Below, piece by piece: positions 13,742-26,174 of a stretch of 64,000 bases of DNA. This DNA is from Octopus vulgaris. Taxonomy: Eukaryota. The stretch spans positions 84,816,001-84,880,000 of the forward strand of contig OX597824.1 in NCBI GenBank assembly GCA_951406725.2, read 5' to 3'. The translations under genes were made by a program, and so were the position numbers. The notes under the pieces were generated by a model. The model worked only from the letters and a program-made list of their open reading frames with translations, was not told the origin of the DNA and searched no databases. Within the stretch, counting starts at the first letter, position 1. Each line of letters opens with the position of its first letter.

Positions 13742-14265
13742 GCGAAATTTTTTTTCCCACGAGAGTTCCGGACCCTAGTTATGAACTCATTTGCATACAG
13801 CCAATCAGAGCTCAGCTATCAAACTAATTTATGAGCGCGTAACAAGTGATGAGCGATAAATGCTTGTTGTTATTGCTTCAACCATGGCTGCCTCTGCGTA
13901 GTTATTTGTGTTGTTGTTTACTTTGTAAAACAGTAAGGGGAGAGGGTTGCTAGCACATCACCCTCTACCCACATTTTCCCCATCCGCATTTTTATTATAT
14001 GGGGTCCTAACAATATCCGATAATAGGTATAGATGCAAATCTATCTAATTACTTGTCTCCTTCCAAAATCAGGCATAACTTGGCGATCGGTTGACTTACA
14101 ACCAGCGTTCTTCGTTTTGAGTTTACTTGGTAGAATGTGTTTACCCAAGAGATTGGTTGCTTTTAACACATTCACGAATGTTATGTTGGGCTTTGCGTTG
14201 ATTGGCTGTATGCAAATGAGTTCATTACTGGGGTCCGGAACTCGCGTGAGAAAAAAAAATTACAC
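13742..14265. mobile_element. MITE-like element with ~75-bp imperfect TIRs
   Basis: 13742-13816 is the imperfect reverse complement of 14190-14265; TSD not resolved. Confidence 0.65.
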
Positions 14266-15147
14266 CTCCGGTACCAGGCCTTTTTCCATTTTGTCTGTTG
14301 GGACCATGAGGCAATTTGAATTACAGGAAATTACACGTTCCGCTCCTTAAATATTTAGACCCATGCAATAACTTAATATTTTAGGGCTCGAACTATTTAG
14401 AAACAAATATACTAGTTAAAATTTAATATAATTTAATCTGGACATTTTGTCACTGGTTTTTACGCTAGAATCCTTTATGGTTTGTGAGTGACGTCCTATG
14501 CGTTATCTGGACACGTCAATGTGTGTATATTTAATTGGGTGTGACAGTTTGACAGCGCTGCATACGTTGAATACCTGTCAAGGGAATTATTTTTATCTTT
14601 ATTTCTGGTCAAAAAATACGCCACCCAGTTCACGGTCTGTACAACTTTTGTTATGAAAATGATAATTAACAGCGATCTCACAGACGTCATTTTTATTACG
14701 TAAGCATAATCCTGATGCTGACTAATGGATAGAGAGATAGCAACGATGGGAAATCTATTGTTAAAATTAGGATAGCCATGACCATCTCTTTGCGCGCGCT
14801 TATGCGTGCGTGTGTGCACCTTTATTTTATGTTAATGCGTCGGAACATTAAACAGAGGAAGTACAGAACCGAAAAATGAGGTGGGTGACGAGCCGTACAA
14901 GTGGACAGGTAAATACAGGAGAAGTAAAGGAAATTGTTATTGATAAAAGGAGGTTCTTGTGACGTAAATAGAATAGTGGAAGAATGAGTCGATTTACCTG
15001 CGTGTATATGCATGTGTATGTAAATGTATTTACATGTGTGTGCGTACATATAATAATCTATCTATCTACCTACCAATCTCTCTCTCTCTCCCTCACCTGT
15101 GTGTATGTATGTGTGTATATATTCATACACACACACATATACAAAGA

Positions 15148-15178
<31 letters not shown>

Positions 15179-15226
15179 AAAATATATAATATATATATGT
15201 ATATATATATGTATATATATATATAT

Positions 15227-15275
<49 letters not shown>

Positions 15276-15299
15276 TATTTATATATATGTGTGTGTGTG

Positions 15300-15377
<78 letters not shown>

Positions 15378-16039
15378 TATGTGTGTGTGTGTGTAAGGGT
15401 GCAAAATAGAACCTGTAATTGCTAGAAATGAGTCTGCACCCTCACTAGCGTAGCTAGAGTGTGTGTGTCGCAAAACCCCATCCCACCCCTAGCTACAGTA
15501 GTGTGCACCCTTATTAATGAATTTTGCCTTTTTGGTTTTAGCAAATATATATGCGATTTATCGGAAATCTACAATGGTCCCATAACTCTTGTCTCGGCTA
15601 TGAGCTTGGAGCCATGGTAATCCTTTACATCACTTACTCAGCGTATCTAGTCGTTTAGATCACCTGTGAACTAAACCCCATATTTTGTGCATATATATAT
15701 AAGAGAGACCAAAGTGTACGTACGCCTCGAAAGACACCTGTTGTTAATGTTTACATTTGTATTTGTGTACTGTTTCTCCGGTTTTCTTTTCGTCTTTGTT
15801 TTCGTATACATTCGCTGCTTTCTTTCAAGGAATCTTGTGCTCTTAGCTTAGATTTTCTTTGGGGCTGGCCAGATTAGAGCAGTCTCCAGTATAACCAACC
15901 GATACTGCAAAGATAATCTGGAACTCGACTGAGGAAAGAAAATTCCGAATGACCCGTCCTTGTTTTCTCATGTCCCTTTTTGTATCATCCAACTGCCTGG
16001 ATGCTTCGTTGTCACCAGTCGCGTTCTTGTCCCATTATA

Positions 16040-16070
<31 letters not shown>

Positions 16071-16078
16071 GTATGTAC

Positions 16079-16147
<69 letters not shown>

Positions 16148-16201
16148 TGTACGTACATATGTATATATATATATGTATGTATGTATGTTTGTTTGTTTGT
16201 T

Positions 16202-16251
<50 letters not shown>

Positions 16252-16468
16252 AGAGGTATTAGTGTCAAGAAGACCCAAAGGTGTCAGGTAATGCTGAGGA
16301 AGTGCTACGGACAGACTATAGTCAAGCTCCATGTTCGATAATGATACGAATGAGGAGTCCAACGTAGGTCGTGCATTAGCATATATATATGTGTGTATGT
16401 ATATAACAGATTGAGATAAAAAAAAAGAAAAGGCTGTGAATAGTTTTCAGAACATTTATAAAGAGAAG

Positions 16469-16516
16469 GTCTTACAGCTGTTTCCGGTATATTTTATATA
16501 ACCTTTCATCAGAGAC
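16469..16516 (-). ncRNA. Minimal type I hammerhead-like motif (left arm, mirror copy)
   Basis: exact reverse complement of 16653..16700. Confidence 0.62.
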
Positions 16517-16652
16517 TGTGCGAGAAAATGTTTCAGTAATTGTTGTTATAGAGAAGATATGAAATACAGAGTGAAGTGTTTTCATTCCTCCACTTCACTC
16601 TGTATTTCATATCTTCTCTATAACAACAATTACTGAAACATTTTCTCGCACA

Positions 16653-16700
16653 GTCTCTGATGAAAGGTTATATAAAATATACCGGAAACAGCTGTAAGAC
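16653..16700 (+). ncRNA. Minimal type I hammerhead-like motif (right arm of palindrome)
   Basis: gtct-CTGATGA-aaggttatataaaatataccg-GAAAC-agct-GTA-agac; stem I gtct/agac, palindromic ACAGCTGT stem III; base of stem II imperfect. Confidence 0.62.
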
Positions 16701-16758
16701 CTTCTCTTTATAAATGTTCTGAAAACAGCCTTTTTTTATTTCAATCTGTTAATCTTTA

Positions 16759-16815
<57 letters not shown>

Positions 16816-16981
16816 CGGGATCAGCCATCTGAATGTGGCTAGGGACAGGGCGGGGTGGTGGGGGTGTTACTGATGCATTTAGCCCCAGGCGACTATAGAC
16901 GTCACCAGAAGAGCCGACACCATCACGGTGTCCTTGCTAGCCTGCAAAGGGAGATCAGCCTCCCCGAAGATACGGATGCTA

Positions 16982-17024
16982 CACACAGACCGGTTTCGAG
17001 GTAGTCGCCTCTCGTCAGCGCATG
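16982..17024 (-). ncRNA. Minimal type I hammerhead ribozyme motif (Penelope-like element type)
   Basis: minus strand catgcg-CTGACGA-gagg cgacta cctc-GAAA-ccg-GTC-tgtgtg: full core, perfect stem II, palindromic ACCGGT stem III, stem I with G-U pairs. Confidence 0.75.
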
Positions 17025-17143
17025 GCAAGCACCGTTCTTCGTTGAGGGACTTCCTCTACAGGCTAGATATATATAGATTTTCACAGTAAACACAGTCACT
17101 GGCGTAGAAAATCTGTTCGATAACAATAATAAATCTCTGAGCG

Positions 17144-17229
<86 letters not shown>

Positions 17230-17460
17230 ATACATACATACATACATACATACATACATACATACATACATACATACATACATACGACGGGATTCTTTCA
17301 GTTTCCGTCTACCAAATCCACTCACAGAGCTTTGATCAGCCCGAGGCTAAAGTAGAAGACACTTACCCAAGGTGCCACGCAGTGGGACTGAACCCAGAAC
17401 CATGTGGTTCGTAAGCAAGCTACTTACCACACAGCCACTCCTGTATATATAGTTTATATG

Positions 17461-17509
<49 letters not shown>

Positions 17510-17811
17510 GTATGTATATGTATTTATATTTATGTATGTATGTATGTATGTATGTATGTATGTATGTATGTATGTATGTATGTATGTATGTATGTATGTA
17601 TGTATGTATGTTGCACATTACATGCACATATCTAGAGTAGCCACTAATTTATAATTACGTATGTGAGTGTACACGGAGGCGAATTGATTTCAGTGAATGT
17701 AGTAGATACAGGGCAATCGTTTCGCTCTCTTAAACAGCACGACGTAAAAGTTTTAAATATTTTGTTGAGAGAACAAGCCTGGTCACTCCCTCTCTCCTCT
17801 CTCTCTCTCTT

Positions 17812-17892
<81 letters not shown>

Positions 17893-18520
17893 TTCTGAGC
17901 GCGTGTGTGTCTGTCATGCGTGCGGCACAGAACGTCATATGTAATTTCCATATTGTAAATACTTAACCGATTTAAGTTGGTAAATTTGCGTTGACGATTG
18001 GCTTCGAAGTGCTTACGTCATAATATTATGTTACTACAATATATTATTGTGGAAGCACGTTGCTTAGTGGTTAGGGTGTCAGCATCATGATCGTAGGATT
18101 GTGGTTTCGATTCCTGGACCGGGCGACGCGTTGTGTTCTTGAGCAAAACACTTCATTTCACGTTGCTACAGTCCACTCAGCTGGCAAAAATGAGTAACGC
18201 TGCGATGGACTGGCGTCCCGTCCAGCTGGGGAACACATACGCCATTGAAACCGGGAAACCGGGCCCACGAGCTTGGCTAGGCTTTAAAAAGGGCGAATTT
18301 ATTATTTTTTATAACATATTATTATCTAATTTCGTTGAGGCTTACTTGGCCTTTCATTCTTTCGGGGTCGATAAAATAAGTTCCATTTGAGTTCTGAAGT
18401 CGATGTAATCAATTTTCGCCTCTGCTCAAAATCGCTGGTCTTGTATCAAAGCAGGAAACAATTATGATATATTATTATAATATTACATGCATATTATAAT
18501 TATATATTATATTAACACTA

Positions 18521-18822
18521 TATCACGTGATCACGTGACCGACCAGGCCATCAGATGTTGCTACACATCGCTGGTCACAATGTGCTTCGCATTGTTTTAG
18601 CTTTCAAATGACGCCACCCCGCTGGCTAAGCGAGCAGGCCAACAGAAGAAAAAATGAGAGAAAGAGTACAGCAGGGATCACCACCAATCCCTGACGTAGC
18701 CTCATGGAGTTTTAGGTGTTTTCGCTTAATAAACACTCACACTGCCCGGTCTGGTAAACCGAAACCGTGATCCTACGACCGCAAGTCCGCTGCTCGAACC
18801 ACTGGGCCATTGCGCCCCCACA
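18521..18822 (-). mobile_element. tRNA-derived SINE, family E (head like D, different tail ending cacgtgatcacgtgata)
   Basis: head tggcccagtggttcgagcagcggacttgcggtc. Confidence 0.82.
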
Positions 18823-18989
18823 ACATTATATCATATGTATCAATATCTATATCAATATTTATATAAATAATCAGAGCACAATGCATTAATAAGGTGATAC
18901 TGACCTTATTGCAAACTCTGATTGGACAAACCTGTGTTCAAACACAATCTTGCATGTGCACTTCCCACCATTTTATGTAGTTGATGAAT

Positions 18990-19022
<33 letters not shown>

Positions 19023-19384
19023 AAGTATGTATGTGTATATATATGTACCTATATATAGATAGACAGATATAGATATACATGTATGTATGTATGTATGTAT
19101 GTATGTATGTATGTATGTATGTATGTATGTATGTATGTATGCATATTTGTATGAATGTATGTATGTATATATGCATGCATGTATGTATGTATGTATGTAT
19201 GAATGTATGTATGTATGAATGTATGTATGTATGAATGTATGTATGTATGAATGTATGTATGTATGTATGTATGTGCAAGAAGATTTTTTTAAAGTGAGGA
19301 AAGGCATTGCACAGGCATTGCACGATAACAACATTGATTAAGCTTCGTGCAATGGCCATACTTGATAACGAGGGGGCAGCCACC

Positions 19385-19970
19385 ATGTATATATGTATGT
19401 ACTTGTATGTAAATGTATGTATGTATGTATGTATGTATGTATGTATGTATGTATGTATGTATGTATGTATGTATGTATGTATGTATGTATGTATGTATGT
19501 ATGTATGTATGTATGTATGTTTTATGTATGTATGTATGTATAAATGTATAAATGTATGCATGTATGTGTATGTATGAATGTATGTATGTATGTATGTATG
19601 TATGAATGTATGCATGTATGTATGTATGTATGTATGTATGTATGTATGTATGTATGTATGTATGCATGTATGTATGAATATATATATATCTGTCTGTTTG
19701 TATGTATGTATGTATCTCTGTATGTATATGTATGTATATATATATATATGTATGCATGTATGTATGTATGTCTGTATGTATATGTATGTATGTATATATA
19801 TATATGTATGCATGTATGTATGTATGTCTGAATGTATGTATATGTATGTATGTATATATGTATGTATGCATGTATGTATGTATGTATGTATGTCTGTATG
19901 TGTATGTATGCATGTTTGTATGTATGTATGCATGTATGTATGTATGTATGTATGTATGTATGTATGTATA
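19385..19970. repeat. (TATG)n array; similar arrays at 19020-19275 and 28840-29275
   Basis: direct reading. Confidence 0.95.
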
Positions 19971-20677
19971 CATCTGCTTACCGTGATGTAGTTTGTTTTT
20001 TGTCACAAGAACACCTGTCTCTTTGGTACACCTACTCATCGGTGCACAGTTTTTGATGTCCCAAGAATCACAATTCTTAAATATATAACAATGTCGTTGC
20101 TACAAATCAGATTTTTAACGATATCGCATTGAAAACTATGAACTGTGAACTAATACTTAATGACTGGAAAACTACCCGTTTAACATTGTGAATTGGTGTA
20201 ACCATGTGCACCACATTCTATTCTCTCCTTATTATACCCACCCACTAATTCTACAGCATATGCACGCTTAACGCTTATTTCTTATACAAAGGCTTTTTGC
20301 AAGTAGAATTTCAGTTGCTTCTGCTTCTTGGCTTCATACTCCTATTAGCGAGACACCATTTTTATTACATCTAATAAGATATAATAAAGACTAGCTATTT
20401 TGACCCGTGGTGGTGGTGATGGTGGTGTTGTTTTGTGCGTGTTGTCTCCTTTTCCCTTTCTTCTTTTGTTCGTCTTCTTTGCCTGGTTCTTTTCATTGCC
20501 CTCTTCTTTACCACCACCCCTTTCCAAACTCCCCTCCAATTTTTTACACCCACAATTAAAGACAACCGCCTCTAGCCCCTGCAGCAACACGAAGAGCCAC
20601 CATTATTCAAACAGCGCAACCTGTCTATCCCATAAAACTCAATTTTTTCCATATTCCTCACCATGGCAACCAACCGG

Positions 20678-20993
20678 TTGCCTTTCATCCTTTCGGGGTC
20701 GATGAATTAAGAACCAGTTACGCACTGGGGTCGATGTAATCGACTTAGTCCGTTTGTCTGTCCTTGTTTGTCCCTTCCTATATCTAGCCCCTTGTGGGTA
20801 GTAAAGAAATAGGTATTTCGTCTGCCATTACGTTCTGAGTTCAAATTCCGCCGAGGTCGACTTTGCCTTTCATCCTTTCGGGGTCGATTAAATAAGTACC
20901 ATTTACGAACTGGGGACGATGTAATCGACTTAATCCCTTTGTCCTTGTTTGTCCCCTCTATGTTTAAGCCCCTTGTGGGCAATAAAGAAATAA
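20678..20993 (+). mobile_element. SINE family B head-to-tail dimer
   Basis: same junction as in 5923..6382. Confidence 0.88.
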
Positions 20994-21299
20994 GAGTTGA
21001 GAGTCTCCCTACACCTTCTTTATGTATTCAACAACGGGAATCTTCCCCTTTTGTTCTAAGAACAAATCAGACGATAAACTAACACAAATGGAATCTAGTT
21101 AAACCTCCAGGATTAAGAAAGTCAGAAAGGTTAGACGTTATCTTCAAAGACTGGATTTATGGTTAAATAATGATGTTGGGCGGGAGGTGAATGATAAGAG
21201 ATGAGCAATCAATTTATTTGACTTGTGTGTTATATTAGCCGATGTTATGCATAGGTAAAGAGTCAACGGCGTTGAAGAGCAAACAGATTAAAGTTGTCG

Positions 21300-22420
21300 T
21301 TGAGAAAAACATAGCTGGCAAGGAGGACTCGAAGCCATTTGAATATTTGAACAGGGTAAACTGTATCATGATGATTCGCGCCAAGTATCAAACTACCGAC
21401 ATCATGACTGCTGCTCAATGATCTATGGACATTGTAAAGGCTGTAAGACGTAACATGGACAGCTGCAATGGAGACTACGAAACTATGGCTAGCAGGCAGG
21501 GATACAGCGGACATTCTGATTGTGTCCGCAAGCCGGAGTTTATCCATTAACTGCAGGATGAGATGATGGAAGACCCAAACGAGGGAATCCGGGCTATGGT
21601 AAGAAAGATGGGTGTTGGAAGTACCAGGGAGAAATTGTGACAGCCAAGGCGAAGAAGCTCCTGAACTTGCTGAGACATTCGGTTGAGCTGGGGATGATCC
21701 GGTTCTTCTCAGATTAAAAGAACTTTTGCCAGGATCGGTTGCACAATGCCCAGAACAACAGATGGCTTGCCTACAATTCATGTCATGTCCCAGATACCAT
21801 GAAAACCAAGTTACCACAAACTGTGATGGTCTTTGAATGTGTCTCCAGTGAATGTGACATCATGCCGCCCCACATCTTTGAACAGAGCCTTAGACCCAAT
21901 TCAGACGGTTATGTAAAGCTGCTTGAGACTGTGGTCAAATTTTGGTTGGAGAGGATTGATGCAAGAAATAGCATATGTTTGTCAACAAGATCCGGCTCCT
22001 TGCAATAGCTCCGGAAAGAGTCAGAAGTGGTCGTTGGAGAATTTCTCCGACTTCACCGGTTCCAATTTCTGGCCTCTTAAGTCACCCAATTGTATTCCCA
22101 TGGATTACTATGCGTGAGGCAGGGCGGTCGTGAAAAAGACTCCAACCGCTCTGTCTGCAACACCAACGCCGAGCTGGTGGCGGCCAAGATCAAGCAAGTA
22201 TTCGAAGATCTTCTCGGAAACACAGTGAGAACACATGCGCCAGGTTCAGGGGCTGTCATGAGATCGTAGCAGAAGCTGAGGGCGGTTGCTTTAATTAAAC
22301 TGTTATCCCCCAGTCATAAGCTGGTTGACATCTTGTTTGTTTTTTTTCTTCTTTTAAATACTTTTATTTTGTGGTGGGATATATTCTTTTCCTTTTATGC
22401 AAACTATCAAATTTAGCCCG
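21300..22420 (+). mobile_element. Decayed DD37D (maT-type) transposase relic
   Basis: QNNRW, VMVF..VSS and QQD...FWP..SP...PMDYY with D-37-D spacing counted in ORF 21923..22117; ends approximate. Confidence 0.8.
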
Positions 22421-22451
22421 AATATAATGTGTGTGTGTACACATCCATACT

Positions 22452-22520
<69 letters not shown>

Positions 22521-22602
22521 GCGCAGGCATTGCTCTGTGGTGAAGAAGCTCGCTTCACAACCTTATGGTTTAATGTTCAATCCCACTGAACATATGCATA
22601 TA

Positions 22603-22635
<33 letters not shown>

Positions 22636-22636
<1 letters not shown>

Positions 22637-22796
22637 GGCGTGTTTGTATGGTAAGAAGCTTGCTTCCCAATCATATAGTTCCGGGTTCAGTCCCGCTGCG
22701 TGGCACCTTGACAAGTATCTTCTACTATAGCCTCGGGTTGACCAAAGCCTTGTGAGTGGATTTGGTAGACGGAAACTGAAAGAAGCTCACCGTATA

Positions 22797-22855
<59 letters not shown>

Positions 22856-23094
22856 GTGTGTGTGCGTGTGTGTATGTGTGCGTCTGTGATTGTGTTTGTC
22901 CCCTCACCATCGCTTGCCAACCGATGTTGGTGTGTGTACGTCCCCGTAACTTAGTGGTTTGGCAAAGTACTTGGATAAGTACTAAGCTTACAAAGAATAA
23001 GTCATGGGGTCGATTTGCTCGATTAAAGGCGGTGCTCCAGCATGGCTACAGTCAAATCACTGGAACAAATAAAAGAATAAAAGAATAAAAAGAA
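22636..23094 (+). mobile_element. SINE family A
   Basis: colinear with other copies. Confidence 0.88.
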
Positions 23095-23531
23095 TATTAT
23101 TGAAAAGGTTGCAAGACCCAACGAAAATTTTAGGAAAATAAAAATAAGAAATAAGTGGAAATTTTACCGGTGAGTGTGTTACATATAAGGCACAAAAAGA
23201 AAATGATGATCTGGTTCTTGACTGAAGATTAGAGGCTTCGAATAACCCGTCCGTTTTTTGTGTCGTCTATTTGAGTGTTTTGCGTTCTTGTCCCAATTTG
23301 TATTTTTATATATATTTTTATACATATATATATATATAAGGAAGGTTTACGAAAAAGACGAAGACAGGTGGTGTACAAAACAAACAGATGTATTAGTATA
23401 ATAGTCTATTAGTATAATAGTCTTTTACGTTTCGAGCCTACGCTCTTCTACAGAAAGGGACATAGAAAAAACAAGGAGAGAAACAAGGAGAGAAAAAAAT
23501 GTGTGTAGTGGCTAAGTATCTATCATGGCGA

Positions 23532-23571
<40 letters not shown>

Positions 23572-23574
<3 letters not shown>

Positions 23575-25167
23575 TTGCGGTCAAAATGTTCAGAACGGCA
23601 TTGTTTTCGTCAGAAAAGTAGGGTATAATTTTTTTTATCAAAGTTGTTTTATATTCAATAATTTTCACAAACAATAAATACGATATTATTTGTTATTGTC
23701 TGAGATTTTGGTGTAATTTGAGAGGATAATACAAAAGTTATGGATGATTTAGTGATTTACTGCAAAACCCATGGCGGCTAAATTGATCAGAACGGTTGCT
23801 TTTACTCCGTGTTTTAGTATATTTAACCGGCGAACTCTAATATTTCGAATTTGTCTACGTGACGGTTCGTTTACGAAACAGTAAGAATATCTGCAGTGTA
23901 CTTTGTAAATATAATGCCACTTACTCCATTAGCAATTCGTCAGCAGATTATTAAGCTTCGAAAGAAGGATAATTTAAGTATTAGGTCTATTGCAAAGACT
24001 GTTAACAAGTCAAAAATTGTTGTTCTCGGCATTCTTAAGGTCTACGATGATTGTGGTTCGTGTGTGGTTCGTGTGAAGCAAGAAAGTCTACAGGTAGGCC
24101 AAGAAAAACGACCAAGAGGGAAGATCGTGCTATGGTAAAGTTGGCTAAAAAGGACAGATTTAAAACTGCTGCTGCTGTTTCTCGGGAAATGAGCATTGTA
24201 CTGAAGAAAACTTTATCTCGAAAAGCTGTCTCGTCGTTTAGTTGAACATGACCTACAAGCAAGAGCACCCGCAGTGAAGCCACTGATCAGCTCCAAGAAT
24301 AAAAAGTGTCGTCTTACCTTTGCAACCGAACATGTGTTGTGGTCTCAAGAACAATGGTAAACGGTGCATTTCAGTGATGAATCTAAGTTTATGTTATTTG
24401 GCTCAGATGGGAAAAGTAGATGAAAAATTGTCGCTTAAATGCCTTAAGACTAGTGTTATGGTTTGGGGGATGATATCTGGAGATGGTGTGGGAACTTTGG
24501 TGTGATTACATGGAAAGGTAAATGCAGGAGTTTATAAACAACTTGTAAAAGATCATGTCTTGCCTGTGCTGAGAAATTCAACTAAGCTACCACCCATATT
24601 CATGCAGGACAATGCTCCATGTCACAAGGCTAAGGTGGTCATGAACTTCTTCAAGGCTGAAAAGGTTATTGTTATGGATTGGCTTGCTCAAAGCCCAGAC
24701 CTCAATCCTATTGAAAATGTGAGGAATATTCTAGGAGAACGTTCGAAAGCCAGAAATTCTAAAACAACCGAGCAATTACGGAATGCCCTTCAGGAAGAAT
24801 AGAATAAGATCACCGAGCAAGAAATTGAAAATTTAATTTTTTCATGCAGTCGAAGATGTCAAAGTGTGATTGAAGCTAAAGGGCTTCATCTAAATATTAA
24901 ATAATTCCAGTATTCGCTGTTATTTTTGATTATTTTGTTATTTTTTCAATCGTTCTGATTATTTTGGCCGCCATAAGTTTTGCAGTAAATCACTAAATCA
25001 TTCATAAATTTTGTATTATCCTCTCAAATTACACCAAAATCTCAGACAATAACAATTAATATTGTATTTATTGTCTGTGAAAATTATAGAATATGAAACA
25101 ACTTTGATAAAAACTTATACCTACTTTTCCGACGAGAACAATGCCGTTCTGAACATTTTGGCCGCAA

Positions 25168-25170
<3 letters not shown>
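23572..25170 (+). mobile_element. Tc1-like (DD34E) transposon, near full length, disrupted transposase
   Basis: ~220-bp TIRs starting CAGTTGCGG with an inner direct repeat; inside (TA)n; FSDES, FMQDNAPCH and SPDLNPIEN with D-34-E spacing; stops and frameshifts. Confidence 0.95.
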
Positions 25171-25239
<69 letters not shown>

Positions 25240-25361
25240 TTCAAATTTACAGGAAACAAAAGACGAAGGCAGGTGAGAGAACAAGCAGGTGTTTTGGCTT
25301 CACGCTTGGAAAGAATGGAAAAGTCTTTAACGCTTCCAAAACACGCGCGCGCGCACACACG

Positions 25362-25416
<55 letters not shown>

Positions 25417-25682
25417 GCATTGTTATTACCGGTTCAAATATGGTTGTGGTACGTTCGAACTCGTAAGAAAGCCCTTCACTGTGTTTTATCATGAAGAAAA
25501 TTACCCCATTCGCCTACAGCGAGAAATTTTCTCCATGACAAAACACAGTGAATGGCTTATAACAGGGGTGCGATCAATTAGCAGTCATGTGCATAAATGC
25601 AATGTTATTACCAGATGGAATATGCCAATGGTAGGTTCGAACTCGTAAACAAGCCATTCACTGTGTTTTGTCATGGAGAAAA

Positions 25683-25980
<298 letters not shown>

Positions 25981-26069
25981 TGGAGAAGCACAATAGTTGG
26001 TTCATCAACTTTAGGACATTAAAATGTTAACTTATTTATTTATCAAAACTACAACCATAATAACATACA

Positions 26070-26133
<64 letters not shown>

Positions 26134-26174
26134 CATATAAAAAGATATATACTATATATACACACACATACATA

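Larger units (their letters stand above)
16404..16751. repeat. Long inverted repeat: perfect 136-bp arms (16443-16578 / 16591-16726), 12-nt loop, imperfect outer extension
   Basis: arms compared directly; flanked by TA-rich microsatellite; resembles inverted pLTRs of Penelope-like elements. Confidence 0.92.

Noticed and set aside
15920-15965. CTGAGGA...GAAT...GTC hammerhead-like string (related one at 23220-23255)
   Set aside because: GAAT instead of GAAA and no convincing stem I; not called a ribozyme.
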